DNA from: an uncultured Bdellovibrionales bacterium | GTDB lineage: Bacteria > Patescibacteriota > Minisyncoccia > Moranbacterales > UBA1568 | Assembly (NCBI GenBank): GCA_964451495.1 | Contig: CAYVHS010000004.1 | Location: 1 to 61,622 of the forward strand | Length of the DNA: 61,622 bases | Direction of reading: 5' to 3' | Shown: piece by piece, positions 53,393-61,119 of the stretch | How the letters are laid out: each line of letters opens with the position of its first letter | Position numbering within the stretch: the first letter of the stretch is position 1 | Notes under the pieces: model-generated | Seen by the model: only the letters and a program-made list of their open reading frames with translations | The model's database searches: none | Told to the model about the DNA's origin: nothing | Translations under genes and position numbers: made by a program

Positions 53393-53572
53393 TCACAGCG
53401 GAAAAAACATCCTGAGTCCGATGCCCGCCAACATGAGGGCGAGTGCGGTTATTTGGAGACCAGGGTGGTTGGGAATATTGGGCCTATCCATTGTCCGGAA
53501 AGCCCTTATTATCAATATCACCGCTAGGCCTAGTCCAATCCCAAATATAACTTGTGATATTATGTTGACCAT
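53393..53572 (-). CDS. 59-aa two-TM membrane microprotein (absent from the ORF track)
   Basis: AAGGAGG SD 6 nt upstream of the ATG at 53572. Translation is MVNIISQVIFGIGLGLAVILIIRAFRTMDRPNIPNHPGLQITALALMLAGIGLRMFFPL. The length is 180 nt (60 codons). A consensus promoter lies upstream. Confidence 0.65.
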   Translation of the reverse strand: MVNIISQVIFGIGLGLAVILIIRAFRTMDRPNIPNHPGLQITALALMLAGIGLRMFFPL

Positions 53573-53658
53573 GATGAACCTCCTTGATGTTCCAGATCAA
53601 ACTTTCTGGATTGTTGATAGATTGTTAAGGAAAATATTCAGAATATTCCGAATCAATA

Positions 53659-53687
53659 ATTATACACCTTTTTTATCATTCTGTCAA
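53659..53687 (-). promoter_or_regulatory. perfect-consensus sigma70 promoter (minus strand)
   Basis: Minus strand: TTGACA (53687-53682), 17 nt, TATAAT (53664-53659). Confidence 0.7.
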
Positions 53688-53772
53688 TATTCGTGAAAAG
53701 AAAGTCGCAGAGTTATACACAGCAAAAAAGCTTATTTAGAGCCATTATGTAATAAAATTCGGCGTATTTGCA

Positions 53773-53801
53773 TTGACGAAAAGCCCATATTTTGGTATCC
53801 T
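53773..53801 (+). promoter_or_regulatory. sigma70-type promoter of paralog 3, with the -10 overlapping a TCCTAGGA palindrome
   Basis: TTGACG (53773-53778), 17 nt, TATCCT (53796-53801). CCTAGG is at 53799-53804. Confidence 0.5.
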
Positions 53802-53827
53802 AGGACTTGCGTTCCTGGTCTAGTATT

Positions 53828-53867
53828 AGCGTTTTCCTCGAAGGGAGGAAAACAAGGAACGCTTTTT
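53828..53867 (+). promoter_or_regulatory. terminator-like leader hairpin immediately upstream of the paralog 3 start codon
   Basis: AGCGTTTTCCTCgaaggGAGGAAAACaaggaacGCTttttt: a 9-bp core stem plus a 3-bp outer stem, then a T-run. The ATG is at 53870. Confidence 0.5.
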
Positions 53868-53869
53868 CT

Positions 53870-54667
53870 ATGAAGAGAAAACCACAAATAAGCGCGTTTG
53901 GGATGCGCTTATCACAATTGAAGAGCAAGAGAGAGTTTGTGAGTCGGTGGCCGGGCCATGTCGGGCCGCATTTTTTTGTTTTTGCTATATTCGTGATCGG
54001 GCTAGTCATTGGCAGTGGCGTCTTTTCGGCTTATAAAGTTATTTTTACTACGGAAGCGGAAGCTCAAACTATCGTGGCTCAAGCTAGCCCCGAAGAAGAA
54101 CGTTGCAAGTGGAAGCGAGACGTTGCTTTCTTTGCGACGCTTGGGAGTGAGGATCAGCCAGTACTGAAAGACGAGGCCGTTTGCGAGAAAAAGAAAGAAG
54201 ACGTGGCGGACACGGTATCCCCAAAGGAGATATCATCCAATAATGATTTGCATCGGGCTATCGTGGAGTTGTCGGCTGGGTATCCTCTCGAGGCTATGGC
54301 TCCGGCTATTGCCCGTTATGACAAGGAAATAGCGGGTCTGATTGTCGGTATCGCAAAAAAGGAGAGTAATTGGGGCAAGCGTGTGCCGCTTGATACGAAT
54401 GGTGCGGATTGTTTCAATTATTGGGGATACAAAGGAGCGGGTAGTCGTGGAATAGCCATGGGGCATGGGTGTTTCGGTAGTCGCGAAGAGGCAGTCGAGG
54501 CAGTTGGCAATCGTCTGGTAGAATTGGTAAAGATGAGACAGACGAGTGAGCCAAGAAATCTGACTATCTGGAAATGCGGATCGAGCTGTGCTACGCATAG
54601 TCCCGCGAGCGTCCTCAAATGGGTGAGTGATGTCGATCTCTATTATCAGAAGATTGCAAAAAAATAA
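53870..54667 (+). CDS. membrane-anchored envelope protein, KKESNWGKRVP/4-Cys family, paralog 3
   Basis: GIAKKESNWGKRVP..DCFNYWGYKG..GHGCFGS..WKCGSSCATHS..VLKWVSDV. TM FFVFAIFVIGLVIGSGVF. The ATG at 53870 is downstream of the promoter and hairpin. Confidence 0.85.
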   Translation: MKRKPQISAFGMRLSQLKSKREFVSRWPGHVGPHFFVFAIFVIGLVIGSGVFSAYKVIFTTEAEAQTIVAQASPEEERCKWKRDVAFFATLGSEDQPVLKDEAVCEKKKEDVADTVSPKEISSNNDLHRAIVELSAGYPLEAMAPAIARYDKEIAGLIVGIAKKESNWGKRVPLDTNGADCFNYWGYKGAGSRGIAMGHGCFGSREEAVEAVGNRLVELVKMRQTSEPRNLTIWKCGSSCATHSPASVLKWVSDVDLYYQKIAKK

Positions 54668-54702
54668 TCAGGACAAGTCGTAGCTGTGAATCATTTTTGA
54701 TC

Positions 54703-54732
54703 AAAAAAGCTTTCCAAAGAGAGCTTTTTTTT
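54703..54732 (+). terminator. rho-independent terminator
   Basis: AAAAAAGCtttccaaagagaGCTTTTTTtt, followed by TATAAT at 54744-54749. Confidence 0.6.
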
Positions 54733-54778
54733 ATGAGTTCAGGTATAATGAAAAGGCAAATCGATTGAATTTTTTGCT

Positions 54779-55720
54779 ATGACATGGATATTTGTAGCGC
54801 TCGCGGGATATTTCTTCAATGCCGTTGCGGCGATTTTTGATAAGTTCCTGTTATCAGACCGAATCAAGGCGCCTGCTGCGTATGCTTTTTATGTTTCATT
54901 ATTTAGTCTTTTCGCTCTCGTCTTTGTTCCATTCACGTTTAGATTTTTTGGTTGGCAGTCTGCTGTAGTAGCGTTTTTCTCGGGAGTTATTTTTTTGTAC
55001 GCACTCGTCGCTTTCTATAGAGCCGTCATGTGTTACGAAGTCTCTCGGATTTCTCCGCTCGTCGGAACGATTACATCATTGGTCGCTTTTGCTACAGCCT
55101 TTTCTATGAGTTTTTTGGGAGGCGGGGCGGTTCAGGGTGTTTTTGTATTTTTGGGGCTTATTTTGCTTATCGGTGGTGGTTTTTTGGTTTCGTTTGATCT
55201 CCCATTACGAAAGGGTGAATCTATACCTTTGATTGATGTGTCTTTGGCTGGCATTGGGATGGGATTATCACTCCTCTTTCTGAAACAAGCGTATGATGGG
55301 AGTGATTTCATGAATGGATTTATTTGGTCGCGTATGGGGATGTTTGCGGGAGGGATTTCACTTCTCTTTATCCCGGTATTTCGCCAGCAGATATGTGGGC
55401 ATTCGGAAATGACGGTGGCGGTACCGAAGCGGGCCATGAGTACTGGTATATATTTTGTGCTCAATAAAATGTGTGCTGCTATTGGAGCCTTTCTGATTGC
55501 CTACGCGATTTCTCTTGGTTCCGTTTCGTTTGTTCAGGCCCTTTCGGGTTTGCAGTATGTCTTTGTGCTTGCACTCACTTTTATGCTTTCTTTCTGGTAT
55601 CCTAAAGTGTACGAAGAAAAACTTTTGTTTTGGGATTGGTTCCAGAAATTCGCAGCGATCGCGCTTATTGGCTTCGGGCTTTTTCTGGCAGCTTCAGGCG
55701 GGATAAGATTATTGGTGTAG
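54779..55720 (+). CDS. polytopic membrane protein (~10 TM, DMT/EamA-like topology)
   Basis: Two ~5-TM halves. No catalytic motif recognised. Confidence 0.7.
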   Translation: MTWIFVALAGYFFNAVAAIFDKFLLSDRIKAPAAYAFYVSLFSLFALVFVPFTFRFFGWQSAVVAFFSGVIFLYALVAFYRAVMCYEVSRISPLVGTITSLVAFATAFSMSFLGGGAVQGVFVFLGLILLIGGGFLVSFDLPLRKGESIPLIDVSLAGIGMGLSLLFLKQAYDGSDFMNGFIWSRMGMFAGGISLLFIPVFRQQICGHSEMTVAVPKRAMSTGIYFVLNKMCAAIGAFLIAYAISLGSVSFVQALSGLQYVFVLALTFMLSFWYPKVYEEKLLFWDWFQKFAAIALIGFGLFLAASGGIRLLV

Positions 55721-55726
55721 AGAGTT

Positions 55727-56746
55727 ATGTGGCATGTGTTGAAAATTATTGGTTTGGTTGTACTAGCGGTTGCTGGATGCATTCTTGTGCTTTTCGGTTA
55801 TTTCAATCTGCCTGGGCCAGCGCCTCGCCAGGATACCAATCTTGGCATGACGTTTTCGGTACGGTATGCGAGAGATCTCGGGCTCAATTGGCAGGACACG
55901 TATAGCGCGCTTCTCGATGAAGTCGGTGTGAGAAAGCTCCGTATTCCGGCGTATTGGGATCTCATCGAGGCAGAGCCGAAACAATACGACTGGAGCGAGA
56001 TAGATTGGCAACTAGCAGAAGCCAAGAAGCGCGGAGCGGAAGTGATTCTCACTGTCGGACTCAAAGTGCCGCGTTGGCCAGAATGTCATATTCCGACTTG
56101 GGCCAAAGCAGATGAGCAAGTGAGACGTCAAGGCATCATGCGCTTCATAGGCAAGACGATAGAACGGTACAAGGATGACCGGACAGTCGTGAAATGGCAA
56201 ATAGAGAACGAGCCATTTTTACCATTCGGTATTTGTCCTGATTTTGATGTGGATTTCTTGGAACAGGAAGTGGCATTTGCAAAAAGCCTTGATCCTTCTC
56301 GGCCAGTCGTACTCACTGATAGTGGTGAGTTATCAATTTGGTATGGGGCGGCGAGCCGTGGTGATGAATTTGGTACGACGATGTATCGGGATATTTATAG
56401 TAAAAAGGCGGGAGGGTATTTCACCTATCCGATTGGACCAAACTTTTTTCGAACGAAAGCTTGGATTGTTCGGACTTTTGCTCGTCAGGAAAACTTGATG
56501 GTCATCGAGCTGCAGGCCGAGCCATGGGCATCGGGGTGGATCGTGGATGTGCCGCTCGAAGAACAGGCTCGTACGATGAATAAAGAGAAACTGCGAGAAA
56601 ATGTCGAATACGCACAGCGCGTCGGCTTTCAAGATATCTATCTATGGGGTGGAGAATGGTGGTATTGGCTCAAAGAAACCAAGGGCGATGCATCTGTATG
56701 GGAGACTGGTAAAGATCTTTTCCGTGAAGACAGACAGGACTTCTAA
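55727..56746 (+). CDS. membrane-anchored glycoside hydrolase, clan GH-A (GH5/GH42-like TIM barrel)
   Basis: N-terminal TM. Acid/base motif VVKWQIENEPF. Candidate nucleophile in MVIELQAEPW. Confidence 0.7.
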   Translation: MWHVLKIIGLVVLAVAGCILVLFGYFNLPGPAPRQDTNLGMTFSVRYARDLGLNWQDTYSALLDEVGVRKLRIPAYWDLIEAEPKQYDWSEIDWQLAEAKKRGAEVILTVGLKVPRWPECHIPTWAKADEQVRRQGIMRFIGKTIERYKDDRTVVKWQIENEPFLPFGICPDFDVDFLEQEVAFAKSLDPSRPVVLTDSGELSIWYGAASRGDEFGTTMYRDIYSKKAGGYFTYPIGPNFFRTKAWIVRTFARQENLMVIELQAEPWASGWIVDVPLEEQARTMNKEKLRENVEYAQRVGFQDIYLWGGEWWYWLKETKGDASVWETGKDLFREDRQDF

Positions 56747-56764
56747 TCTGGTCAAGGAGAGAGT

Positions 56765-57274
56765 ATGATGTATAACCAGAAGAATAAATGTGTTTTGATT
56801 ATTCATAATATTCGGTCAGCACATAATGTCGGAGCGATGTTCCGGACAGCTGACGGAGCAGGAGTGGATGAGATTTTTTTGACGGGCTATACACCGATGC
56901 CACCCAAAAAAGACACGGTGTATCTGTCTCAGGCTGAGAAGTCTTTCAAAAAAACTGCTTTGGGGGCTGAAGACTCGGTCGCATGGAAGAAAGTCGTATC
57001 ATTACCAAGACTTCTCAACACACTCAAAAAAGAAGACTTTGAGATAGTGGCGCTCGAACAGTATGGAGGGAGTATCAAATATGATACATACTATCCACGA
57101 GGCTCTGTTGCGCTCATCGTAGGAAACGAGGTACTCGGTGTGGACAAAAAAATTCTAGACCGTTGTGATGTCGTGGTTGAGATTCCGATGCAGGGCAAGA
57201 AGAATTCGCTCAATGTTTCAGTAGCTCTAGGGATTGCTCTCTATCAGATAACGGGTACAATGAAGGAAGGATAA
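56765..57274 (+). CDS. SpoU/TrmH-family RNA 2'-O-methyltransferase
   Basis: HNVGAMFRTADGAG, LIVGNEVLGV, IPMQGKKNSLNVSVALGIALY. Confidence 0.88.
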   Translation: MMYNQKNKCVLIIHNIRSAHNVGAMFRTADGAGVDEIFLTGYTPMPPKKDTVYLSQAEKSFKKTALGAEDSVAWKKVVSLPRLLNTLKKEDFEIVALEQYGGSIKYDTYYPRGSVALIVGNEVLGVDKKILDRCDVVVEIPMQGKKNSLNVSVALGIALYQITGTMKEG

Positions 57275-57289
57275 TCAAGTCAAAATACT

Positions 57290-58024
57290 ATGACGAAAAA
57301 AAAGACTGACAAACTGGCTATATTTGACATAGACGGGACGATATTTCGCAAAAACCTCCACTTCGAGCTCATAAACGAGCTTGCGTGGATGAAGATTTTT
57401 CCTCATGAAGTCCGTAATACATTGACGGAGATTTATTCGAATTGGACGGAGCACAAGGGGACGTATGAAGACTATCGTAAGGCACTCGTTACCTTGTACG
57501 CCAAGCATATCAAGGGGTGTTCTCGCGAAGATGTTCTTCGGGCATGCAAGATTGTTATTCCGTTTCATGCCAAGCGGACATATATTTTTGCCGAACATCT
57601 TATCAAACGATTGCGCGAGGAGGGATATCATTTGATTGCGGTTTCTGGTTCACCTATCGAGATTGTCGAAGAATATAATCGGGAATATCTCAAATTCGAC
57701 AATGCTTTTGGTAGCGTGTATGCTCTCGATAAAGACCAATATTATACAGGAGAGGCTTCTTTTGAACCATCGAGGAACAAGGGGCATCTCGTGGAACAGT
57801 ATGTCTATGAGCACGGACTCTCTCTCAAAGATTCATACGGTATTGGTGATACAGAATCGGACATTAGTTTTCTCAAGATTGTTGAGAAGCCAATCGCTTT
57901 TAATCCGAATCAGAATCTCAAACTGTCCGCGGAAAAAGAAAATTGGAAGATTATCGTCGAGAAAAAGGATGTGATCTATGAGATTGCTTGCGGGAATTTC
58001 AAGGAACCGATTTTGAATAAATAA
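57290..58024 (+). CDS. HAD-IB family hydrolase (SerB-like phosphatase fold)
   Basis: AIFDIDGTIF, VSGSP, GIGDTESDISFL. Confidence 0.85.
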   Translation: MTKKKTDKLAIFDIDGTIFRKNLHFELINELAWMKIFPHEVRNTLTEIYSNWTEHKGTYEDYRKALVTLYAKHIKGCSREDVLRACKIVIPFHAKRTYIFAEHLIKRLREEGYHLIAVSGSPIEIVEEYNREYLKFDNAFGSVYALDKDQYYTGEASFEPSRNKGHLVEQYVYEHGLSLKDSYGIGDTESDISFLKIVEKPIAFNPNQNLKLSAEKENWKIIVEKKDVIYEIACGNFKEPILNK

Positions 58025-58034
58025 ACAGGATTGT

Positions 58035-58151
58035 ATGGATATCAATAAAATTGTCGATACGTTTCTTCGTAAGACGCTCTGGCTGTGGTTGCCCGTCTAT
58101 GCTTTGTTTACACTCATCCGTGAAGTCGGAGAGCGTGCTGAGAAAAAATGA
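58035..58151 (+). CDS. possible 38-aa single-TM microprotein (absent from the ORF track)
   Basis: AGGA 5 nt upstream of the ATG. Translation is MDINKIVDTFLRKTLWLWLPVYALFTLIREVGERAEKK. Its stop lies 3 nt before the VanZ ATG. Confidence 0.35.
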   Translation: MDINKIVDTFLRKTLWLWLPVYALFTLIREVGERAEKK

Positions 58152-58154
58152 TCT

Positions 58155-58565
58155 ATGAAGAAGCCGGTTCTTCTTTTGAGTTCTATCGTTATGCGTGGTA
58201 TCACTCTTCTTTTTTGGATGGGAGTGATTTTTTTACTCTCCTCTTTTCCTGGGTCGGGCCGTGATTATGAACCACCGCTCTGGTATGTCTTGGAGCGCAA
58301 GAGCGCACATGTTTTCGAATATGCTGTGCTCGCATTGCTTTCTTTTCGTTTTGCACGCGCGGTATTCGTGAAAGAATCTTTTGCACGCGTGCTCCTTTTG
58401 GTTGGGGTGTTTTCTATCGCGTATGGCGCTACCGATGAACTCCATCAGTTTTTTATTTTTGGTCGTGGCGCGAGAATGACCGATGTCTTGATAGATGGAG
58501 GAGGGGTGATGCTCATGTTGTTGGTACTTTCATTGTGGAACAACTTTTCAGGCAAGAAGCTGTAA
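58155..58565 (+). CDS. VanZ-family membrane protein
   Basis: ERKSAHVFEYAVLALL, ATDELHQFF..GR....DVLIDGGG. Confidence 0.8.
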   Translation: MKKPVLLLSSIVMRGITLLFWMGVIFLLSSFPGSGRDYEPPLWYVLERKSAHVFEYAVLALLSFRFARAVFVKESFARVLLLVGVFSIAYGATDELHQFFIFGRGARMTDVLIDGGGVMLMLLVLSLWNNFSGKKL

Positions 58566-58601
58566 TACGCTCCCTTAAAGAGGGAAGTCTTTTTGTATAT
58601 T

Positions 58602-58627
58602 AAAACCCATCTGTACAGATGGGTTTT
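58602..58627. terminator. bidirectional terminator (VanZ gene / rplT operon)
   Basis: AAAACCCATCTGTACAGATGGGTTTT, a perfect palindrome. Confidence 0.85.
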
Positions 58628-58671
58628 ATAGAATAGAAACAGTCGACAGGTGTAGGTCTACTATGACCAGA

Positions 58672-59016
58672 TTATTTTACCGCTTCTGCGAATTTGGCAA
58701 ATACTTCTGGATTTTCTACGGCCATTTCAGAGAGGACTTTGCGATCGAGAGTGATATTCTTTTTCGCTTCGAGAGCGATGAAGTCGCTATAGCGGATGCC
58801 GTGCAGCCTGAGAGCTGTGTTGAGCCGGGTAATAAACAAGCGGCGGAATGTACGTTTCTTGGCACGACGATCACGGTGAGCGTATGTACCAGCCTTGATG
58901 ACGGCTTCCTTGGCTTTCGTGAATAGATTTTTACGGCCCCAACGGAAACCTTTGGCGGCTTTGAGAATATTCTTGTGGCGCTTCTTGGTCATGACGCCTC
59001 GTTTGACTCTGGACAT
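58672..59016 (-). CDS. rplT: 50S ribosomal protein L20
   Basis: MSRVKRGVMTKKRHKNILKAAKGFRWGRKN. Confidence 0.97.
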   Translation of the reverse strand: MSRVKRGVMTKKRHKNILKAAKGFRWGRKNLFTKAKEAVIKAGTYAHRDRRAKKRTFRRLFITRLNTALRLHGIRYSDFIALEAKKNITLDRKVLSEMAVENPEVFAKFAEAVK

Positions 59017-59084
59017 AGAATTGAACTTACACCTATGATCTACACTGCTGTAGTAGGATGAGGAATGAATTAGGAGTTATGTGA

Positions 59085-59273
59085 CTAGAATATCGCTTTC
59101 TTTATGTTGGCTGCGACCGCTGGGTACACATCATTGTCCTTGCGCTTGGCCCGGGTCTCCTTGCCAGTACTGCGGACATTGTAGTGGTTCTGTCCAGTGG
59201 CACGAGTTTTCAGCTTTCCGCTGCCGGTGACTTTGATTTTCTTAGCCAGGGACTTTCTTGTTTTCTGCTTCAT
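59085..59273 (-). CDS. rpmI: 50S ribosomal protein L35
   Basis: MKQKTRKSLAKKIKVTGSGKLKTRATGQNH. Confidence 0.95.
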   Translation of the reverse strand: MKQKTRKSLAKKIKVTGSGKLKTRATGQNHYNVRSTGKETRAKRKDNDVYPAVAANIKKAIF

Positions 59274-59301
59274 AGAATTTCCTTAATTTCATTTACACTT
59301 C

Positions 59302-59850
59302 CTATTCGAGAACGATGGTGGCATTGAATCCCATCGGGCCCCTCTTCACTTCTTCTTCGAAGCGATGCGGGATGGCGATGCTTGCGAGGAATTGTGTGAG
59401 GTTTTCTCTTGCCTTGTCGTGCATAGCTTTTTCGCGTCCACGGAGGACTATTTCGACGCGGACTTTGTTGCCTTTGGTAAGAAATTTCTCTGCCTGTGTT
59501 TTCTTGAACAAGAGGTCGTGTTTGTCGGTACGGAAGCCGATGCGAATACCCTTGATTTCAACCTTTTTCTGCTTAGCTTTGGCTTGCTGTTCCTGTTTCG
59601 CCTGGCGATACTGGAGCTTACCATAGTCGGTAATTTTGCAGACAGGGGGCTTGGCGAGAGGGGAGACCTCGACGAGATCGGCCTCTTGCTCTTGGGCTAG
59701 TGCTATAGCAGCACTCGTATCCATGAGCCCACGGTTTTCGTTGTTCAAGTCGATAACCATCACTTGCAAGGCCAAAATCTGACCATTGGTGCGTAGATGA
59801 TCTTTGACTTGTACTTTCGGTTTCGGCCGATTATGTCGTCTTCGTCTCAT
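59302..59850 (-). CDS. infC: translation initiation factor IF-3
   Basis: ADLVEVSPLAKPPVCKITDYGKLQY, IKGIRIGFRTDKHDL. Order is infC-rpmI-rplT. The start codon is uncertain (IF-3 genes often use non-ATG starts). Confidence 0.92.
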   Translation of the reverse strand: MRRRRHNRPKPKVQVKDHLRTNGQILALQVMVIDLNNENRGLMDTSAAIALAQEQEADLVEVSPLAKPPVCKITDYGKLQYRQAKQEQQAKAKQKKVEIKGIRIGFRTDKHDLLFKKTQAEKFLTKGNKVRVEIVLRGREKAMHDKARENLTQFLASIAIPHRFEEEVKRGPMGFNATIVLE

Positions 59851-59854
59851 TGTG

Positions 59855-59884
59855 AGCTTATAGCTGTTAGCTTATAGCTGTTAG
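59855..59884. repeat. tandem duplication of 14-nt AGCTTATAGCTGTT (2 units plus AG)
   Basis: Units are at 59855-59868 and 59869-59882. The complementary GCTAACAGCT is at 59924-59933, and another AGCTGTT is at 59944-59950. Confidence 0.7.
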
Positions 59885-59957
59885 TTCAGAAAGAAAAGTA
59901 CATACATACCTTTTGTTCCAAAAGCTAACAGCTAGAAACTAAAAGCTGTTTTAAAAG

Positions 59958-60360
59958 TGGAGTTGATGGGAATCGCACCCATGTCCAGAAATATTTTTTC
60001 AAAATATTCTACAAGCGTAGTCGGCCTTTGTGTACGGGTATGAGGTAGAAAGGAGACAAAATCCTCAAACGAGCGCCTCTTTCGCAATACGGCTTGGAAG
60101 AAGAAAGAAACAGAAATTCTTCGGCCGTCTCGATGATATGACACCAGAGCTTCCGTACCGAGAATCGGGATTCTGATGGCCTCACCTAAATATTAGGCGA
60201 GAGCAAGACTGAAAGAAGGGGCAAAAGCTTGCGCGATTGCATTCTTGGTCTTTGTGATGAAGTTTGCATGTATCATCTTGGTGGCGATATTTACGACCAT
60301 GCCATCAAAAGGTCGGCTTGCATATTTTGAAAGTACACCCTGTCGAGTCTAGGCAACCCC
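59958..60360 (-). ncRNA. ssrA: tmRNA (SsrA), one-piece
   Basis: Minus strand 5' end: GGGGTTGCCTAGACTCGACAGGG (canonical GGGG...UCGAC). The 3' end is ATGGGTGCGATTCCCATCAACTCCA. The acceptor stem GGGGTTG/CAACTCC includes the G3-U pair. The internal tag frame ends ...SFSLALA-TAA. smpB is adjacent. Confidence 0.9.
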
Positions 60361-60361
60361 C

Positions 60362-60465
60362 TTTGGAAAATTTCTAATTTCCAATTTCTAATTTCCAATG
60401 AATACTCAATGACTAAATTTCCAAATAGGAAACTGGAACATTGTTTGAAAATCAAAAACTGAAAA
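60362..60465 (+). repeat. AT-rich intergenic repeat element, copy S4 (smpB-ssrA spacer)
   Basis: AATTTCTAATTTCCAATTTCTAATTTCCAATGAAT ... CATTGTTTGAAAATCAAAAACTGAAAATTA. It shares AATTTCCAATGAAT and CATTGTTTGAAAAT with copy S1. Confidence 0.7.
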
Positions 60466-60909
60466 TTACCCTTTCATCACCCGTTCAATTCTTCTTTTGG
60501 CGTCGCGTTTGCCGATATCAGAACGTTTATCGAAAGTCTTTTTTCCTTTTCCTACAGCAAATTCCAACTTGACAAGTTGTTTCTTAGTATACAGACGAAT
60601 AGGTACTAATGTCAAGCCTTCTGTGCGGGATTTTCCGATGAGTGAGCGGATTTCCCGTTTGCGGAGGAGGAGCTTGCGAGAGCGGGTATCGTCGTGTTTG
60701 GTATCCTTGTGAGCGTGAGCATAGCGGGGGATGAGGGCGTTGGTCAGGTACAGCTCGCTCCCTTTGACCGTGACAAAGGCTCCTTTGAGGCTCGCATGAC
60801 CAGTTTTGACGGCTTTTACTTCAGATCCGGTCAATACCAAACCGGCCTCATATCGGTCGGAGAGGGTATAGTCGAAACTGGCTCGTTTGTTGGTGGCTAT
60901 GATAGTCAT
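60466..60909 (-). CDS. smpB: SsrA-binding protein
   Basis: NKRASFDYTLSDRYEAGLVLTGSEVKAV, LLLRKREI. Confidence 0.95.
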   Translation of the reverse strand: MTIIATNKRASFDYTLSDRYEAGLVLTGSEVKAVKTGHASLKGAFVTVKGSELYLTNALIPRYAHAHKDTKHDDTRSRKLLLRKREIRSLIGKSRTEGLTLVPIRLYTKKQLVKLEFAVGKGKKTFDKRSDIGKRDAKRRIERVMKG

Positions 60910-60969
60910 ATATTTGTATCCTTACTGTCCCACATTTGGCTTAAATAAGCAAGTTCTATGTTTTTATTC

Positions 60970-60998
60970 TTGCATTGATGAATAAATTATGCTATAAT
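60970..60998 (+). promoter_or_regulatory. near-consensus sigma70 promoter for argS
   Basis: TTGCAT (60970-60975), 17 nt, TATAAT (60993-60998). Confidence 0.6.
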
Positions 60999-61083
60999 GT
61001 ATACTCGATGCAATATTTCGCATCAATATTTGCTGCTTAATATCTGAATGGATACTGACAGCTTTTTCTTTGTCAAAAAAATG

Positions 61084-61119
61084 TCCTAGCCTTTTCTTTT
61101 TGGCTCTTTTAGGCTAGGA
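61084..61119 (+). promoter_or_regulatory. leader hairpin abutting the argS SD
   Basis: TCCTAGCCttttctttttggctcttttaGGCTAGGA is an 8-bp stem. An alternative inner pairing is AGCC/GGCT. The SD AAGGAA is at 61121-61126. Confidence 0.4.

Noticed and set aside
52615-53396. Track ORFs 52615-53067 (+), 52734-53396 (-), 52781-53035 (-), 52900-53142 (-) and 53051-53257 (+)
   Set aside because: All are low-complexity translations (F/L/S/P-rich or R/K/E-rich) of the pyrimidine/purine-rich repeat units. They overlap one another on both strands and lack SD sites. Their peptide 'repeats' such as EKRNAEGNF simply mirror the DNA repeats.
53382-53696. 104-aa plus-strand ORF
   Set aside because: It is antisense to the well-signalled 59-aa gene and to its consensus promoter. 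It has no SD and an odd composition.
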